Of a DNA stretch of 64,000 bases, positions 1 to 15,226 are shown in pieces. The DNA is from Octopus vulgaris (lineage: Eukaryota): NCBI GenBank assembly GCA_951406725.2, contig OX597823.1, positions 111,972,001-112,036,000 on the forward strand, in the 5' to 3' direction. Within the stretch, counting starts at the first letter, position 1; each line of letters begins with the position of its first letter. The position numbers and the translations under genes are program-made. The notes under the pieces were generated by a model. The model made no database searches. It saw only the letters and a program-made list of their open reading frames with translations, and had not been told where the DNA came from.

Positions 1-639
1 TCTTTTTGATACACACTTTGCTATGTTTCAAATTGTTACAATTTTCAAATACATTACAATTGCCAAGTGGACTGTCAGTGATGTTGAAACATGGCATTTG
101 TAACAAACTTGCAAGAACTGATGTCCTAGCTGCATGTTATTCATGTTCAGGCTTCGTATAATGATATGTCTTTGTGTTATTGAACAAGACAAGATTGGCA
201 TATCCCTTGTGGAATCTGTTTTTCTTATATCTTTGTGGTTTTGATATAGACTACACTGTAACAGTGTTATAACACTACAAAAACGAAATTAGTAACAAAC
301 TTACATCTCTTCTTTTTGACTTCTACAACCACCTTCACAAATCGACTGCACACACCACACTGTACCTCGCACTGTTAGTAAGAATGCGCTTTATAAGGTT
401 TAGGACAGTTCACTTGCTATCCCACAGTGGTGTCAGTATTTCGCTACTACAGTTTTCAAAGAACTCTGTTTATGAAGCTAATGCAAGTTTGGTGTCTCTT
501 TTCAAGTCATGTAGAAGACATCTGGATGCAAAAGGTTAGAGATGATTAAAGGATGAAATGAAGAATTAAAGGATGAATAGAGATGATTAAAGGATGAAAT
601 CATCTGTGCTGAAACAACACCTTTTTTCTATGTGCTGGT

Positions 640-836
640 GCTGCATAAACACATTCATGCTGGTGGCATGTGAAAAGCACTCAGCACTCTCTGTAAAGTG
701 GCTGGCATTAGGAAGAGCATCCAGCCATAGAAACCACACCACAACAGACTATTGGAGTATGGAAAGCTTCCTGGCTGGCTAGCTCCATGTCAAACTGTCC
801 ACTCCATACTAGCATTATGATGATGATGATGATGAT
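640..836 (+). mobile_element. SINE/LINE-tail family D fragment ending in (GAT)n
   Basis: ggcattaggaagagcatccagccatagaaac...ccatactagcat then (gat)n; the same motif recurs at about 8350, 18187 and 19405. Confidence 0.65.
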
Positions 837-911
837 TTATATGTACACACACACACACATGCAAATACACACATACAGACACACACACACACACACGTAC
901 ATACACACACA

Positions 912-1141
912 GCGGCGAGCTGGCAGAAACGGTAGCAAGTCAGGTGAAATGCTTAGCGATATTTCGTCTGCCGTTACGGTCTGAGTTCAAATTCCGCCGA
1001 GGTCGACTTTGCCTTTCATCCTTTCGGGGTTGATAAATAAAGTACCAGTTACGCACTGGAGTTGATGTAATCAACTTAATCTCTTTGTCTGTCTTTGTTT
1101 GTCCTCTCTATGTTTAGCCCCTTGTGGGCAATAAAGAAATA
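912..1141 (+). mobile_element. tRNA-derived SINE family A
   Basis: ggcgagctggcagaaac...ctgagttcaaattccgccgaggtcgactttgcctttcatcctttcgggg...; B-box-like gagttcaaattcc; many copies in the window. Confidence 0.85.
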
Positions 1142-1214
1142 TATACATACACACACACACACACCAGAAAACATAGTGTATTGTTACAATCAAGATAATT
1201 TCTATTATTAGTTT

Positions 1215-1394
1215 CAAATTTTGGCAAAAGGCCAGAAGTTTTAGGAAGGGTTAAGTCAATTACATTGACCCCAGTGTTCCACTGGTACTTATCACATCGA
1301 TCCTGAAATGATGAAAAGCAAAGTTGGGCTCAGCAGAATTTGAACTCAGAACACAAAGAAGGAAGAAATGCCACTGAGTGTTTTGCCAGGCAAG
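1215..1394 (-). mobile_element. SINE family A, diverged copy interrupted by a piggyBac-like MITE
   Basis: Reverse complement of the family A body (gaatttgaactcagaac, actggtactt). Confidence 0.7.
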
Positions 1395-1398
1395 TTAA

Positions 1399-1620
1399 CC
1401 CTTTCATTACCAACCCGGTCAAAACCGCCTCTGGCTCTGTAGTACAAATGTCTTGTTTTCTTAAGTTTTGAATTAAAATCTTCCACCAAACCTTAGTCAC
1501 ATTTCATGTTCCTAACACTAGCTTAATGGTAACTAAGTTATTTTACTAAATTCTTAGATATATTTAAAATTAATTGAAAGAAACACAGAGCATCTCAAAA
1601 TAAAAACAGTAACAAAAGGG
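1399..1620. mobile_element. piggyBac-like MITE
   Basis: TTAA on both sides, termini cccttt...aaaggg; second copy at 61096-61317. Confidence 0.8.
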
Positions 1621-1975
1621 TTAACCCTGATTCAGCCAAACTTGCTGTCTTAGTTATTTCTATTATTGAGAGAGAAATATGCAAAGTCCGATCCACCTTT
1701 AACACTGCTCACACCTTGTAACAACCACAAACATCATCACAACAACCAGCAACACCGCCGCCAACAACAACAACACTATAAGCATCAGAATTCACAACAG
1801 CAACAATAACAAAACAACAACAACAGCAACAACAACTATTAATCTCACCACCACCACCACCACCACCACCAGAGCAAAAAAAAAACATCTCTCTGTTACA
1901 AACTAAGTGAACATGTTTGTAGTTACGACACATCTCTACATCAGCATAATTGCAATTGAACCACTACTACTACTG

Positions 1976-2015
<40 letters not shown>

Positions 2016-2068
2016 TACTACTACTACTACTACATCCACCCTAAATCTCAACAAATAACACCATCACC

Positions 2069-2099
<31 letters not shown>

Positions 2100-2326
2100 G
2101 CAACAACAACACCATCGTCACTACAACAAATAACACTGGCAACCCACCACCTCACCCCAGCCACTACAACACGACTCAGTCCTACCAAAAAGCCTAAAAT
2201 TACAGACTAATAGGCCTTATTTACTATTTTTTACTTTCATTAATTTTTTTTTTCGCTTGTTTGTTTTTGTTTTGCTCTTCAGGGCGGAGACGGTGCGTCT
2301 AGTTTACCTTTTACATTAGTTATATA

Positions 2327-2366
<40 letters not shown>

Positions 2367-2763
2367 TTATACATATACATGTGTGTATATGTATGTGTAT
2401 ATATATATATCATCATCATCATTGTCGTTTAATATATATATATGTATATATATGTGTGTATATATATATACATGTGTATATATATATATATATATGCATA
2501 TATATATATGTATGTGTATGCATATGTATATATATATATACACACATATATATATATACACACACACATATATATATACACACATATAACTTGTATGTGA
2601 GTATATATGTCTGGATATGTATGTATATATATTTACATATCTATTTATCCATCTATACACACATATACATACACATGTATGTATGCGAGTATATATGTCA
2701 GTATGTGTATGTATATATACCTATAAATCTATCCATTTACCTACCTATCTCTCTTTCTTTCTT

Positions 2764-2819
<56 letters not shown>

Positions 2820-2857
2820 ATATATATATATATGTGTGTGTGTATATATACATATTT

Positions 2858-2998
<141 letters not shown>

Positions 2999-3868
2999 CA
3001 TATCATGCAGGTAAGTATATGAAACGTGTACATTCCTGGAAGCCCGCTGACAATTTCCCCACCCCCACCTCATTTACTTGTTAACTATATTGCTATTTGA
3101 CTTGTGCGTTTGTTTATCTGTTTTACTGAGGTGGTTGTAGTGATGGCACAGGGTGCGGTGCTGACGGTGGTGATGTGTCTATGTTTTTGTTTTTGTTTTT
3201 TCCATGATATTTTTTATATACCTATGCGAATACTTGTATGTGTGTGTACCTGTACACATATACGCACACTTTCATATTTTTTATGTATTTTTATATATAT
3301 ATAGTTTTTGGCATCTTTTCATATATTTATTTCATTTATTTATTCTCCCAGAATACAATACATACAATGCTAATTCTATTGAATTCTTCAGTAAAGTAAA
3401 ATAAGGTAGATGAAGAGTTGATTAAGAATGTTTTTTTCTATAATGCATGTTGTTTGGAGAAAGTCCTTCCAGCATACCTTTTCTTCAAAGTTGACTTGGA
3501 CAACAATGGAATCAAAACTACAAGTGCCAACCCAAAATTCTTTAATGATCATACCCTTCCTTAAATTCTAAATAGGTTCTCAAAGAGACAAGGAGAGAAG
3601 CATGAATATTTGGCTTGTTCACCCTTAGGTCAACTAGGAAGAAATTTTTTCCATTTTCTATGCAAACTTATTATGAAATGAAGTTTTATTCTGGTTGTTT
3701 CCTTCTGTTGTTGATTTTCTTCCTACTTTGTTAAGTATTGTGGCCGTCAATTTATAGATATAGACGTAAGCACGGTGGGAGGTGCTTATTAATATGTGTT
3801 TTGTGTGTGGTAGAGCTTATACATGTGTGTAGGTGTTTATGCTGCATATACACTCATATATTGTACAC

Positions 3869-3899
<31 letters not shown>

Positions 3900-3920
3900 T
3901 GTATCTCTATCTTTCTGTAT

Positions 3921-4232
3921 CACGTGACCACGTGATCATGTGACCGACCAGACCATCAGGTGTTGTTACACATCGCTGGTCACAATGCGTTCGCATTGTT
4001 TTAGCCTTCGAATGATGCCACCCCGCTGGCTAAGCGAGCAGGCCAACAGAAGAAAGAGTGGGAGAAAGAGTGGTGAAAGAGTACAGCAGGGATCACCACG
4101 CCCTGCCGGAGCCTCGTGGAGCTTTTAGGTGTTTTCGCTCAATAAACACTCACAACGCCCAGTCTGGGAATCGAAACCGCGATTCTGCGACCGTGAGTCC
4201 GCTGCCCTAACCACTAGGCCATTGCGCCTCCA
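3921..4232 (-). mobile_element. tRNA-derived SINE family C
   Basis: Minus-strand head tggaggcgcaatggcctagtggttagggcagcggactcacggtcgcagaatcgcggtttcgattccc has A and B boxes; copy at 17828-18139. Confidence 0.85.
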
Positions 4233-4233
4233 C

Positions 4234-4337
<104 letters not shown>

Positions 4338-4554
4338 ATTTTCATCATAATCATTTTAACGTCCAGTTTTCCTTGCTTGCATGGGTCAGTTGGAATTTGT
4401 TGAAGCAAATTTTCTGCAGGCTGATGCTCAACTGCCACCAATATCCATCCGTGCAGGGTGACATTTCCTCATGGCTGGATATGTTTCACAGTCAGTTTGA
4501 AATGAAAAACCCACTTGTTAGATGGTGGGACTCGTTTACAACAATTGCACAGGC

Positions 4555-6250
4555 ATTTGTTTTTACCTTTAATTCCATCCTATTTTTGAATTTTGGGGCT
4601 GATCCCTGTTTGATTAATTCCCATGTCCGACATCGAGGGTCTCCACACTTGGTTACTTGTATGGTTTCTTTCTCTGGTGCCTTGGTTAGAAGTCTCTTAC
4701 TGTTTGGTGGTTGTCTTTGGCTGTTGATGATCTGTTGTTCCTTAAGTATTTGTTAGAGGACTGGTGTTGAATTGGTAGGAGGTGTTTGGCTGATTGTAGA
4801 ATGTTGTGGGTCTTGGGATTGTGGGTGGTAACAAATGGAATATTTTAATACGTATTTTCTTGCTTATTCTTGAAATAACCTTAGCTTTAATTCTCGCTTG
4901 GTCTATTAGTTTGGAGGGGTATTTTTGTTTTTTAAGGAACAAGCTAAGTTCTGCAAGTCATTTTCCTTGTGTATTTGTGTCCAAAACTAATGTGCATATT
5001 CATCTTTCCACATTAAAATGTATGTTTCCTTTTGTATGGGAAGGAAGGTAAGGTCTAAAGTCTAAATATTGGTGTGTGTCTGTGGTTTTATAATAGTGAA
5101 CAGTTGTAATAATTACTTTTTCTTTGATTTTTAAAATATCTAGGAAAGCGAGTTCCCTTTCATTTATTTCCATAATGAATTCTTCCTCCTCTCCATCATT
5201 TCCTCACCTGCTTAAATCTGACCCATGCTTGCATGGGTCAGATTAAGGCATATTACCTACAGATAATATGCCTTAATTTGTCACCAACCCTAACCTGCTT
5301 TCTAACAAGATAATACTTCCCCATGCCTGGATGTGTATTCATAGAAGATTGGAGAAAAAAGAACACCACTTGTATGACGATAGCACTCATTTACAATTGT
5401 CACATTATATCAAAACAAGGAGACACAAATTACATGTACATACATGCATGCACACACTTACACATGAGTGCTGTTTATTTGTTTGACAAATTTTCTAAGG
5501 TCCTCCTTACTTTTGTTCCAGAATATAAAACAGTCATCCAAGAATCTTTTCCAGTTTACCACTAAGTATGACAGGAGGTTTTCGCCAAATGGAATGTTAG
5601 ATAACAAACAGATTTTTTCTTCCAAATATCCCATTACCAGTGTTGCAAAAATGTCGGTGCTACTTTGGTTCCCATTGCAGCTCCAGATATTTGTTGGTAA
5701 TATTGTTTGTGAAAGAAGTAGTTATTTTCAAGTGCTAGGTGTCGTCCTTCAAGTACGAACTCCTTGGAGAATATCTCTTGAACTTTTTGTGGGTGTCTTT
5801 TTACGCAGAATTCTACTGCTTCTCGTTCTAATGTATGGTGGATATTAGTGTAGAGAATAACTACATCAAAAGCTGACTTAGTTTCTTTGTTTGCACTTTT
5901 TGGAATTTGGTTTAGGAAGTCCATATCATCTTTAATGAAACGTGGGACCAATTTATATAGGGTTTTAGAATCATGGCAAGCAAGTTGCTTAATGTTTGGG
6001 TGCTTGATACTGGTTCTGCTACAATGTGTCTTAATTTAAGATAAGATGGTCTTGGAAGCTTTATGTATGGTGTCTGGATGTCCGTCAAATTCTCAATTTA
6101 TTTAGACTTGTGGATTTTGGGAAGTCTCTAGAAGTTACTAGTTTTACTTCAAATTTATTAGGGTAATTTAACTCTTTTTTTGTAAACTCATTTCTATATG
6201 TGTTTGGAAGTTTACTAATCTTATGCAATGTATACCTTTCCAGATTATGT
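4555..6250 (-). mobile_element. Decayed Penelope-like retroelement (RT, thumb and start of GIY-YIG region), interrupted by a repeat at about 5215-5420
   Basis: Minus-strand peptides AFDVVILYTNI, YYQQISGAAMGTKVAPT, YKTTDTHQYLDF..HTK, FLKKQKYPSKLI and CGDPRC are PLE-type motifs; many frameshifts. Confidence 0.85.
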
Positions 6251-6397
6251 TCAAATTTTTGGGGGAGAAATGCTGGTCATTTAGATTTTACTCTTTAAAA
6301 AAGTTTTTCTTAATCTTAACTCTTTGAAAAAATCTATCTAAATATCATAAATGTATGAAGTAATTTCCTAAATACTCTGAATATATATATATCTATA

Positions 6398-6443
<46 letters not shown>

Positions 6444-6444
<1 letters not shown>

Positions 6445-6600
6445 GGAGAGAATTCCCGAAAGAACAAAAGACAAAGACAGGTGGTGTAGAAAACAAACAT
6501 ATGTATTAGTATAACGCTCAGAAATTGAAAAAAGTCTTTAATGTTTCGAGCCTATGCTTTTCACAGAAAGGAACACAGAAAGAAACAAGGAGAGAAAAAA
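6444..6600 (-). mobile_element. (TA)n-associated short element with degenerate hammerhead motif at 6536-6570
   Basis: Minus strand cttt ctgtgaa aagc atag gctc gaaa cat t aaag; same family as 8950-9110 and 36140-36318. Confidence 0.6.
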
Positions 6601-6634
6601 TTATTTAAAGGTGTGTGTGTGTGTGTATGGGTAT

Positions 6635-7070
6635 ATTCTTTTATTCTTTGACTTCAGTCATTTAAATGCAGCCATGGTGGAGCACCATTAAAGAGGATTC
6701 TTCATGTTTTGATCGAACAGGACTTGTTTTTCGTAAGTCTTGTACTTATTCTATCAGTTTATTTTGCTGAACTGCAAAGTTACAGCAATATAAATACACC
6801 TCCATCGGTTGTCAAGCAATGGTTGTGGGGGACAAACACAGACATACACACGTAAATAAACACACACACACACATGCACACATACAAACACACAAACATA
6901 TGTCTGTATATGTATATACATACAACAAGCTTCTTTCAGTTTTCATCTACCAAATCCACTTACAACACTTTTGGGGTCAGCGCAAGGCTATAGTAGAAAT
7001 TTGCTCATAGTGCCATGCAGTGGGACTGAATCCAAAATCGAGCAAGCTTTTTGTGCCACAGCTACACCTG
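6635..7070 (-). mobile_element. SINE family B, diverged
   Basis: Colinear with the cleaner copies at 17060-17459 and 49663-50070. Confidence 0.8.
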
Positions 7071-7416
7071 TGAGTATACACGTATATATATGTAATACTT
7101 GTAGTACTTACAACAATTAATAAAATGATGTAGTATGAAACGATCGTACCAAATTACCGGAGTCATTATTGTTGCTTATTTTGATTATAATCACCCCACG
7201 GATTTTTATAGATAACACCATACAAAATTCTGGTGCATCTAAATTAAGTACCATATTCATTTGAATCTAAAGTTTTGCTGAACATATATATATATATATA
7301 GTCATGCTGGAGCATATATATATATGTGTGTGTGAGTATTAATGCACACATATGTATATATATATGCTCCAGCATGACTGGAGCTGCATGGGTTAAACGA
7401 GTAAAAGAATAAAAGA

Positions 7417-7471
<55 letters not shown>

Positions 7472-8171
7472 TATCCACATATATACAATATATATATAAT
7501 ATTAATAGTGACTGTTTATTTTGAAGTTTTGCCATTAATACTGGTTTCTCAAAGTAGTTTTAATGTTGGAACTTCAAAGGAAACAGTCACCACTAAAATA
7601 TTATTTCGAATCTATGAACAGTATTTGAGTCCTTCATTCAGCGCATGTTTATGGTATCATTTACATAAAAACTATTAAAACAACCCAGTTTATAGATTAC
7701 AATAAGACAAGTTTATAAGCTATGTATATGAAGCTTGAATAATAGACTGTAATGAACCAAATTTTTTGAGGAGGGATAGAATAAATGAGGTTCGTAGAGT
7801 ACAGTAACCCAAGAGTGTAGGGTAGAATATGTTGGGTTTATGAAGAACAATAAGCTAAGATCATAAGATATTTAGAATAAGTAAAGGATACAATAAGAAA
7901 CGTTGGCAGTACACAATAAGCTAACCAAGTTTGTCCCCTGTCACTAACATTATTAATTTTGTCCACCTAGGTAAAAAAATGTGTGACAATTAAGAGGACC
8001 ACTGTTTATGCATAATTAATGGTACATCAGAATCTCCTTAAGAAATTTAATTATTTGGCTCAGTTTCATAAGTTTTGCATATCAATATATTTTTGTATGT
8101 ATATATATATATATATATACCGGAGTATACACATAAATGTGAAACAAGGTGGAAAAAAAAGTACTCAAAAA

Positions 8172-8209
8172 CTGTCCGACGAACGGGAACGTGAAACTCA
8201 GAGTAACAG
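8172..8209 (+). ncRNA. Minimal type-I hammerhead ribozyme, CCGACGA core
   Basis: ctgt|ccgacga|acg ggaa cgt|gaa|actc a gagt|a|acag: stems I-III pair, GUA cleavage triplet. Confidence 0.75.
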
Positions 8210-8244
8210 GTTTTGTTGAATTTTCTGCTGCTTTAAATAAAGTC

Positions 8245-8491
8245 TGGCACCCGTGCCGGTGGCACGTAATAAGCACCATCCGTCCATGGCCGTTTGCCAG
8301 CTCCGCCTGGCACTTGTGCGAGTGGCACTCACTACACTCATGGAGTGGTTGGCGTTAGGAAGGGCATCTAGCTGTAGAAACACTGCCAGATCAGACTGGG
8401 CCTGATGCAGCCTTCTGGCTTCACAGACCCCAGTTGAACCGTCCAACCCATGCTAGCATGGAAAGCAGACACTAAATGATGATGATGATGA
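8245..8491 (+). mobile_element. Family D SINE/LINE tail
   Basis: ggcgttaggaagggcatctagctgtagaaac...ccgtccaacccatgctagcatggaaagcagac then (gat)n. Confidence 0.8.
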
Positions 8492-8799
8492 TTATGGTGT
8501 TTACTTTAATCTCAAAACGCATATTTGATTAATCCTGATCGTGTTGATTCATTGTTTTTTGTCTTTGCCTTCATAAAAAGTATGTTTACCATCATGGAGA
8601 TTCTTATAGTAGTGGAAAAAGAATTTTTAACTCCTTTTTCTAATTTCAGTATGTGGTGAAGCAATTAGCTGAACCCTAATTGTAATTATGTGGATAATTT
8701 TACCTATAAAGGTTATTTTAATGTACCAATCTACTTGGTAAAATTGTTAATTAATTAATTAATTAATTAACAATTAATAAATTCTACCTTCTATTATTA

Positions 8800-8831
<32 letters not shown>

Positions 8832-8949
8832 ATGTATGTATCTATATATATGTATTTATATATACATATATATACATATATATATGTATTATATATATAT
8901 ATATACAAACACACAAGTATGTATAAATATATATACATATATATATGTA

Positions 8950-9110
8950 GGGAGAATTCACGTAAAAGCAAAAGATGAAGACAGGTGGTGTAGAAAACAA
9001 ACAGATGTATTAGTTTAACGCTCAGGAAGTTTAAAATTTTCTTTAATGTTTCAAGGCTACGCTCTTTCACAGAAAGGAACACAGAAAGAAACAAGGAGAG
9101 AAAATAAAGA
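8950..9110 (-). mobile_element. (TA)n-associated short element with degenerate hammerhead motif at 9041-9076
   Basis: Homologous to 6444-6600 and 36140-36318. Confidence 0.6.
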
Positions 9111-9167
9111 ATGTATAGTGGCTAGCAATCCAACATGGCGATGGATATATATATATATATATATAAT

Positions 9168-9530
9168 GTAGGATAAAATTTTTTCCAAAAAAAATTATAT
9201 CAATGCCCAGCATACTAAAAAATACCTTTAAAGGTTAAATTATAAACAACTTATAAATAAGGGCAAGCAAAAAAATTTCTAATGCCAAATATGCCGAAAA
9301 TTGGACATATTGTCCATTTACGAAGGGAGGGTTCTTTTGGAACTAACCCTGAAATCGGTCCGATATGGTAGTAATGGAATTTTTTAGAGATTTCTGTCGG
9401 CCTTTTTTTGAGTAGTGTGCGTACTGGGGAAAAAAATTATATGGTAAATTGGACAATATGTCCAATTTTTCGGCATATTTGGCATTAGAAATGTTTTCGT
9501 TTGCCCTTTATAAGTTGTATAAGTTGTATA
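9168..9530. mobile_element. Fold-back element in (TA)n with 5'-truncated hammerhead at about 9320-9362
   Basis: Inverted arms at about 9250-9320 and 9445-9520; acgaag..agggtt/aaccct gaaa tcggtc. Confidence 0.6.
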
Positions 9531-9695
<165 letters not shown>

Positions 9696-9715
9696 AGTAA
9701 GTATACACACATACT

Positions 9716-9762
<47 letters not shown>

Positions 9763-10707
9763 TTTACTTGTTTCAGTCACAGGTGCTGTGGCACCCTCTT
9801 GAAAAGCCTTTAGTAGAATGAGTCAACGGAAGTATTTATTTTTTTATTTTCTAAGCTTGTCACTTATTCTATTGGTCTCTTTTGCCAAACTGCTAGGTTA
9901 CAGGGAAAAGAAGATGCCTCCACCAGTTATCAAATGGTGGTTGGGGAAAAACAGATTGATAGATAGAAGAACACATAGATAGACAGGTAAAGCTGTATGT
10001 ATACATATATATACGTATATATATGTATGTGTGTGTGTATATATACATATATATATATACATATATATATACATATATATACACATATATATATACGTAT
10101 ATATATGTATATATATGTACATATATATATGTGTATATAAATATATATGTATATATACATATATATATATACACATATGTATATATTCATATATATATAC
10201 ATATATACATATATACATATATATATATTTACATATATACATATTGGTATAGATGTATATATATATATAGATATAAATATATATGTGTGTGTGTGTATAG
10301 ATGTGCGTGTATATATATATATATATTTATACACACATCTATACATGACACATATATACGTAGATACACAGATATATATTTCTATATGTAAATAAAGATT
10401 TATATAGATACAATGAAATAGGGAAGTGGGTGAGATAGAGAAAGAAGAAGAGAGAAAAAGAGAGAGGGTGAGCAAAGAGCAGAAGACAAAAAACCAGCAA
10501 AAATCAGGATTGGCAGGGAGAATGGGTGTACATATGTGTATGTAACTGTGCTTGCATGTGCATTTGTGTATCTGTATATAGATAGCCATGCAAATCTTTG
10601 TATGGGTATTCATGAAAATATTTAAGTTTATATATGTAGGAATAGGCATATTTGTGTTTGTGTGTGTATATAAATATATACATATATATATATATGTATA
10701 CATATTT

Positions 10708-10783
<76 letters not shown>

Positions 10784-10791
10784 TATGTATG

Positions 10792-10866
<75 letters not shown>

Positions 10867-10940
10867 AAATATGTATATATATATATGTGTATGTATAAAT
10901 ATGTATATAGATAGATAGATATAGAGATAGGTATATACAC

Positions 10941-10971
<31 letters not shown>

Positions 10972-11187
10972 CAAGAATGCATATGCATGCATACATACAT
11001 AAATGCATATATAAACATATACATCCACACATGCATGCACACACACACATACACACATTTTCCTTTGCTTTTCCTTCTCTCACTAAATGAATTATATTCC
11101 TGCCTTTCTTTCTCCATCTCTCTCTATATATCTTTCTATTTTCCTTTTCAACATCAATCTACTAACCCAATTACACATTTGGTATGG

Positions 11188-11251
<64 letters not shown>

Positions 11252-11366
11252 TTATATCTATCTATCCATCTCTCTGTTTTCATACATTTATATATATAGA
11301 TATATGTTTATATGTGAGTGTGCATGTGTGAGTGTGTATAAGAGTGGCTGGATGTGTGAGCATATG

Positions 11367-11411
<45 letters not shown>

Positions 11412-11530
11412 ATGTGTATGTATGCATGTGTCTACATGTGTATACCCACACATTTATATAATGTCACTCAAACCATGAAATATTTTTCCAATTCCTATTC
11501 TGCAGTAATAAGTCTTCCTATGTGAGTCAC

Positions 11531-11561
<31 letters not shown>

Positions 11562-11693
11562 ACACACACATATACACACATACACACACATATATGAATA
11601 TATATATATATTGAATATGCATATATGTGTATATATATATATATATATTTATATACATACATACATACATACATACATACATACATACATACA

Positions 11694-11729
<36 letters not shown>

Positions 11730-11794
11730 TATAGATAGATAGATAGATAGATACATTGAGAGATAAATAGAGAAATATAGATATATGTATATAC

Positions 11795-11825
<31 letters not shown>

Positions 11826-11862
11826 CATCTCTCTCTCTCACACTCTCTCTCTATATATATAG

Positions 11863-11931
<69 letters not shown>

Positions 11932-12063
11932 TATGTATGTACATATATATATACTTATATGTACATACATACATAAATATTTGCTTGTATGTATGTTTGT
12001 GTGTGTAAATATACATGCAGACATATCTAAGTACATCTATATATGTATATATGTATATATATT

Positions 12064-12098
<35 letters not shown>

Positions 12099-12863
12099 TT
12101 GTGTGTGTGTGTATGTATATATAAACACACTTATATATTCATATATATATACACACACATGCACATACCAACATGCACCTACATCTAGTTACATTTACAC
12201 CTTATTCTCCAGTCACAGACCCCAAGTCTGCAGTTCTTGCCTTTGCCATTCTCTACTGAGATACTTTTTTTACCGTTTTTTCTACACTTCTTTTTGTATC
12301 TGTAGCATTGTTTTTGCTTTGTTTATTGTTTTTCTGGTATGGCTGTTATTATAGCAATATTAATTTTCCTTAAGATAATGATGATGATGATTTTGAGGAA
12401 GATGTTGGTGTTGATCGTTATGATGATGGTAATGATGTTGTTTATCATGGTGGTTGTGATGGCACTCATGTTGTTTTTGTTTTTCCAAAGGTAATTTATT
12501 TATTTTTCATTTACCATTCCATGGCTTCAATCTGAAATTAATATCTTTCCCTTTCTTAAATATACATTCATTTTACATACATATATGTATATATATATAT
12601 ATAAATATATATATATATAGCTACTGGATTGATATGTACATACACACACACATATGTCAGCATACATTTATAAATGTATGTATATATATATATGCATCAA
12701 TGTATATATGTGTGTGCATATGTGTTTATAAAAAAACACATGCATATATAAATATGAACATACATACATGTGTATGTCTGTATGCATATTTCCATATGAA
12801 TATATTACTATGTGTACTAATACATATATATGTAGATACTCTGATGTACAATCATAGATTTAC

Positions 12864-12936
<73 letters not shown>

Positions 12937-12995
12937 AGTATGTATATATGTGTGTGTGTGTTTATGCATGCATACACATACATGTATATATATGA

Positions 12996-13060
<65 letters not shown>

Positions 13061-13083
13061 CATATACATATACATATATATAA

Positions 13084-13155
<72 letters not shown>

Positions 13156-13165
13156 GTATATATAT

Positions 13166-13198
<33 letters not shown>

Positions 13199-14188
13199 GT
13201 ATTCCACATACACACTAGCAAAAGCAGGCAGGCAGATAGAGAGGCCTTGCAATCATAATTTCTATGCCCTTTTTCCATACTCTCAAAATTAAAATGAATA
13301 TTGTACCACACATCTTTCATCACTTCTTTCATGCCCCTCTTAGCATTCCTCTTTTTTCCACAGTTTCCTTTCCACTTGGACTCCTTGGTATCTTCCATAT
13401 TCAAATGTCATCTTTGATTTGAATCTCTTTTCTACACCGATGCTGTGTCCTTTGCAGTGCACCATTTCCGATTCCTTTTATACTCAGTTTTTCTCTGAAC
13501 TCACTTTGCCTTTTCCTTCTATGCACATCAGTGGTATACATCCAATGGCACATGCTTTCTTGACTTCTTCACAGCCTTATCAAACATCATACAATCTGCT
13601 CTTCAGTCAGAGGGGTAGGTATTCTTTTTGTTGCACCTTATTCTTGCTCTGGCAGCTATGATTTTATAGTCCTCATTCCACTTTTAATTAAATCTCTTAG
13701 GTAATGAAATCCATCAGCTACTGCTAACGATCCTTTTTGAGCTTTTGAAAGAGTCTCTCTCATGGATGTTTTGACAGCTCACTGCTCTTTTGTATTTGTG
13801 ACATACATTGTCTTTCTTCCCTATCAGTCAGCTAGTGTTTTAATTGTTTCTTCTGTTCTATTATTTACATTGAGAGCACCCTTTGAAATTCTGAAATTCC
13901 TACTTCCTTTACTTCTGTATCTTACTCATGGCCATCTCCCAACTGACAGTAGAGTCCAACCTTAAAAATAACATCTTTGCTGGGTTTACTTTTAAGTTTC
14001 CCACTTGGATTTTTTTTTTCTTTGCATCAGCATTTGTGATTCCTGTTCTAAGTCTTCAACAAATTCAGCTCTGAAAACTAGGTCATTAGCATCCAAACAC
14101 AACCACTTTTAAACTCCACTGCTATGGTCTTGAGAGGTAAACTTCAAAAATAGGGACTGAGAATTGAGTTCTGATAGACAACTGCTGA

Positions 14189-14358
14189 CATGTTAAATCC
14201 TTCACTGAACTCATTGCTAACATGGCATATTATTTACAGAGTTCTTGTTGGCCACCAATTCTGTTTTAGTAACCCCCAGTCTGTCTACATGTTAAATCCC
14301 TCACTGAACTCATTGCTAATATATGGCATATCATTTACATAGTTCCTGTTAGTCATCT
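14189..14358. repeat. Two-copy tandem duplication, period about 99 bp
   Basis: catgttaaatcc(t/c)tcactgaactcattgctaa at 14189 and 14288. Confidence 0.8.
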
Positions 14359-14664
14359 ATTATGGACAATTAATTTTAGTTTAGCAACTTCCAGCCTGCA
14401 GAAATGAAATTATGAAAAGTCTTTTTCAGATTGATGAATGCCTTGGGCCAGATTTGATCTAGCTAACCTTTTGACAAAGATGTTTCAGCTGTGACCATCC
14501 CATTGCTTGTTACAATGTCTAGGACTAAATAATTCTGTGTACATTTCAATTTATATTGTTTAAGCAAATGTCAGCTGAAATCAAACAGAAACCTATAATA
14601 CAAAAGTCATTCAGCTGTGATCCTATCATAATATTTTCTATTATCAGATTTAAATTAAAGCAAC

Positions 14665-15110
14665 AAGCTGGCAGAGTTATTAGCAAGCTGGGTGAGATGC
14701 TCAGCGGTATTTTGTCTGCTTCTACGTCCTGAGTTCAAATTCCACCAAGATCAACTTTGCTTTCATTGTTTTGGAGTCGATAAATTAAGTACCTATTTCT
14801 TTACTACCCACAAGGGGCTAAACACAGAGAGGACAAACAACGACAGACAAACGGATTAAGTCGATTACATCGACCCCAGTGCGTAACTGGTACTTAATTT
14901 ATCGACCCCGAAAGGATGAAAGGCAAAGTCGACCTCGGCGGAATTTGAACTCAGTACGTAACGGCAGACGAAATACCGCCAAGCATTTCGCCCGGCGTTT
15001 TAACGTTTCTGCCAGCTCGCCTAAATTAAGTACCAGTGAGACACTGGGGTCGATTCGAACAATTAGTGCCCTCCCCCAAAATTTCAGGCCTCAAGCATTT
15101 AGTAGAAAGG
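14665..15110. mobile_element. SINE A (+) with a younger SINE A (-) nested at about 14794-15021
   Basis: The outer copy breaks at taaattaagtacc (14781-14793) and resumes at the same 13-mer (15022-15034), which acts as the TSD. Confidence 0.85.
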
Positions 15111-15186
15111 AATGTCACATTGAAATTAATCATGTATGTTCATTATGTAATTATATAAATGATAATATTTTATTTTATTGGAAACA

Positions 15187-15187
<1 letters not shown>

Positions 15188-15226
<39 letters not shown>

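Noticed and set aside
2255-2320. Splice-acceptor-like tract (ttttgctcttcag) followed by a CpG-rich 37-mer, and cag/gtaagt at about 3008
   Set aside because: No coherent exon links them; the intervening sequence is (TA)n
13200-14100. Non-repetitive stretch that might be a decayed retroelement or exon
   Set aside because: No diagnostic peptide motif found by eye
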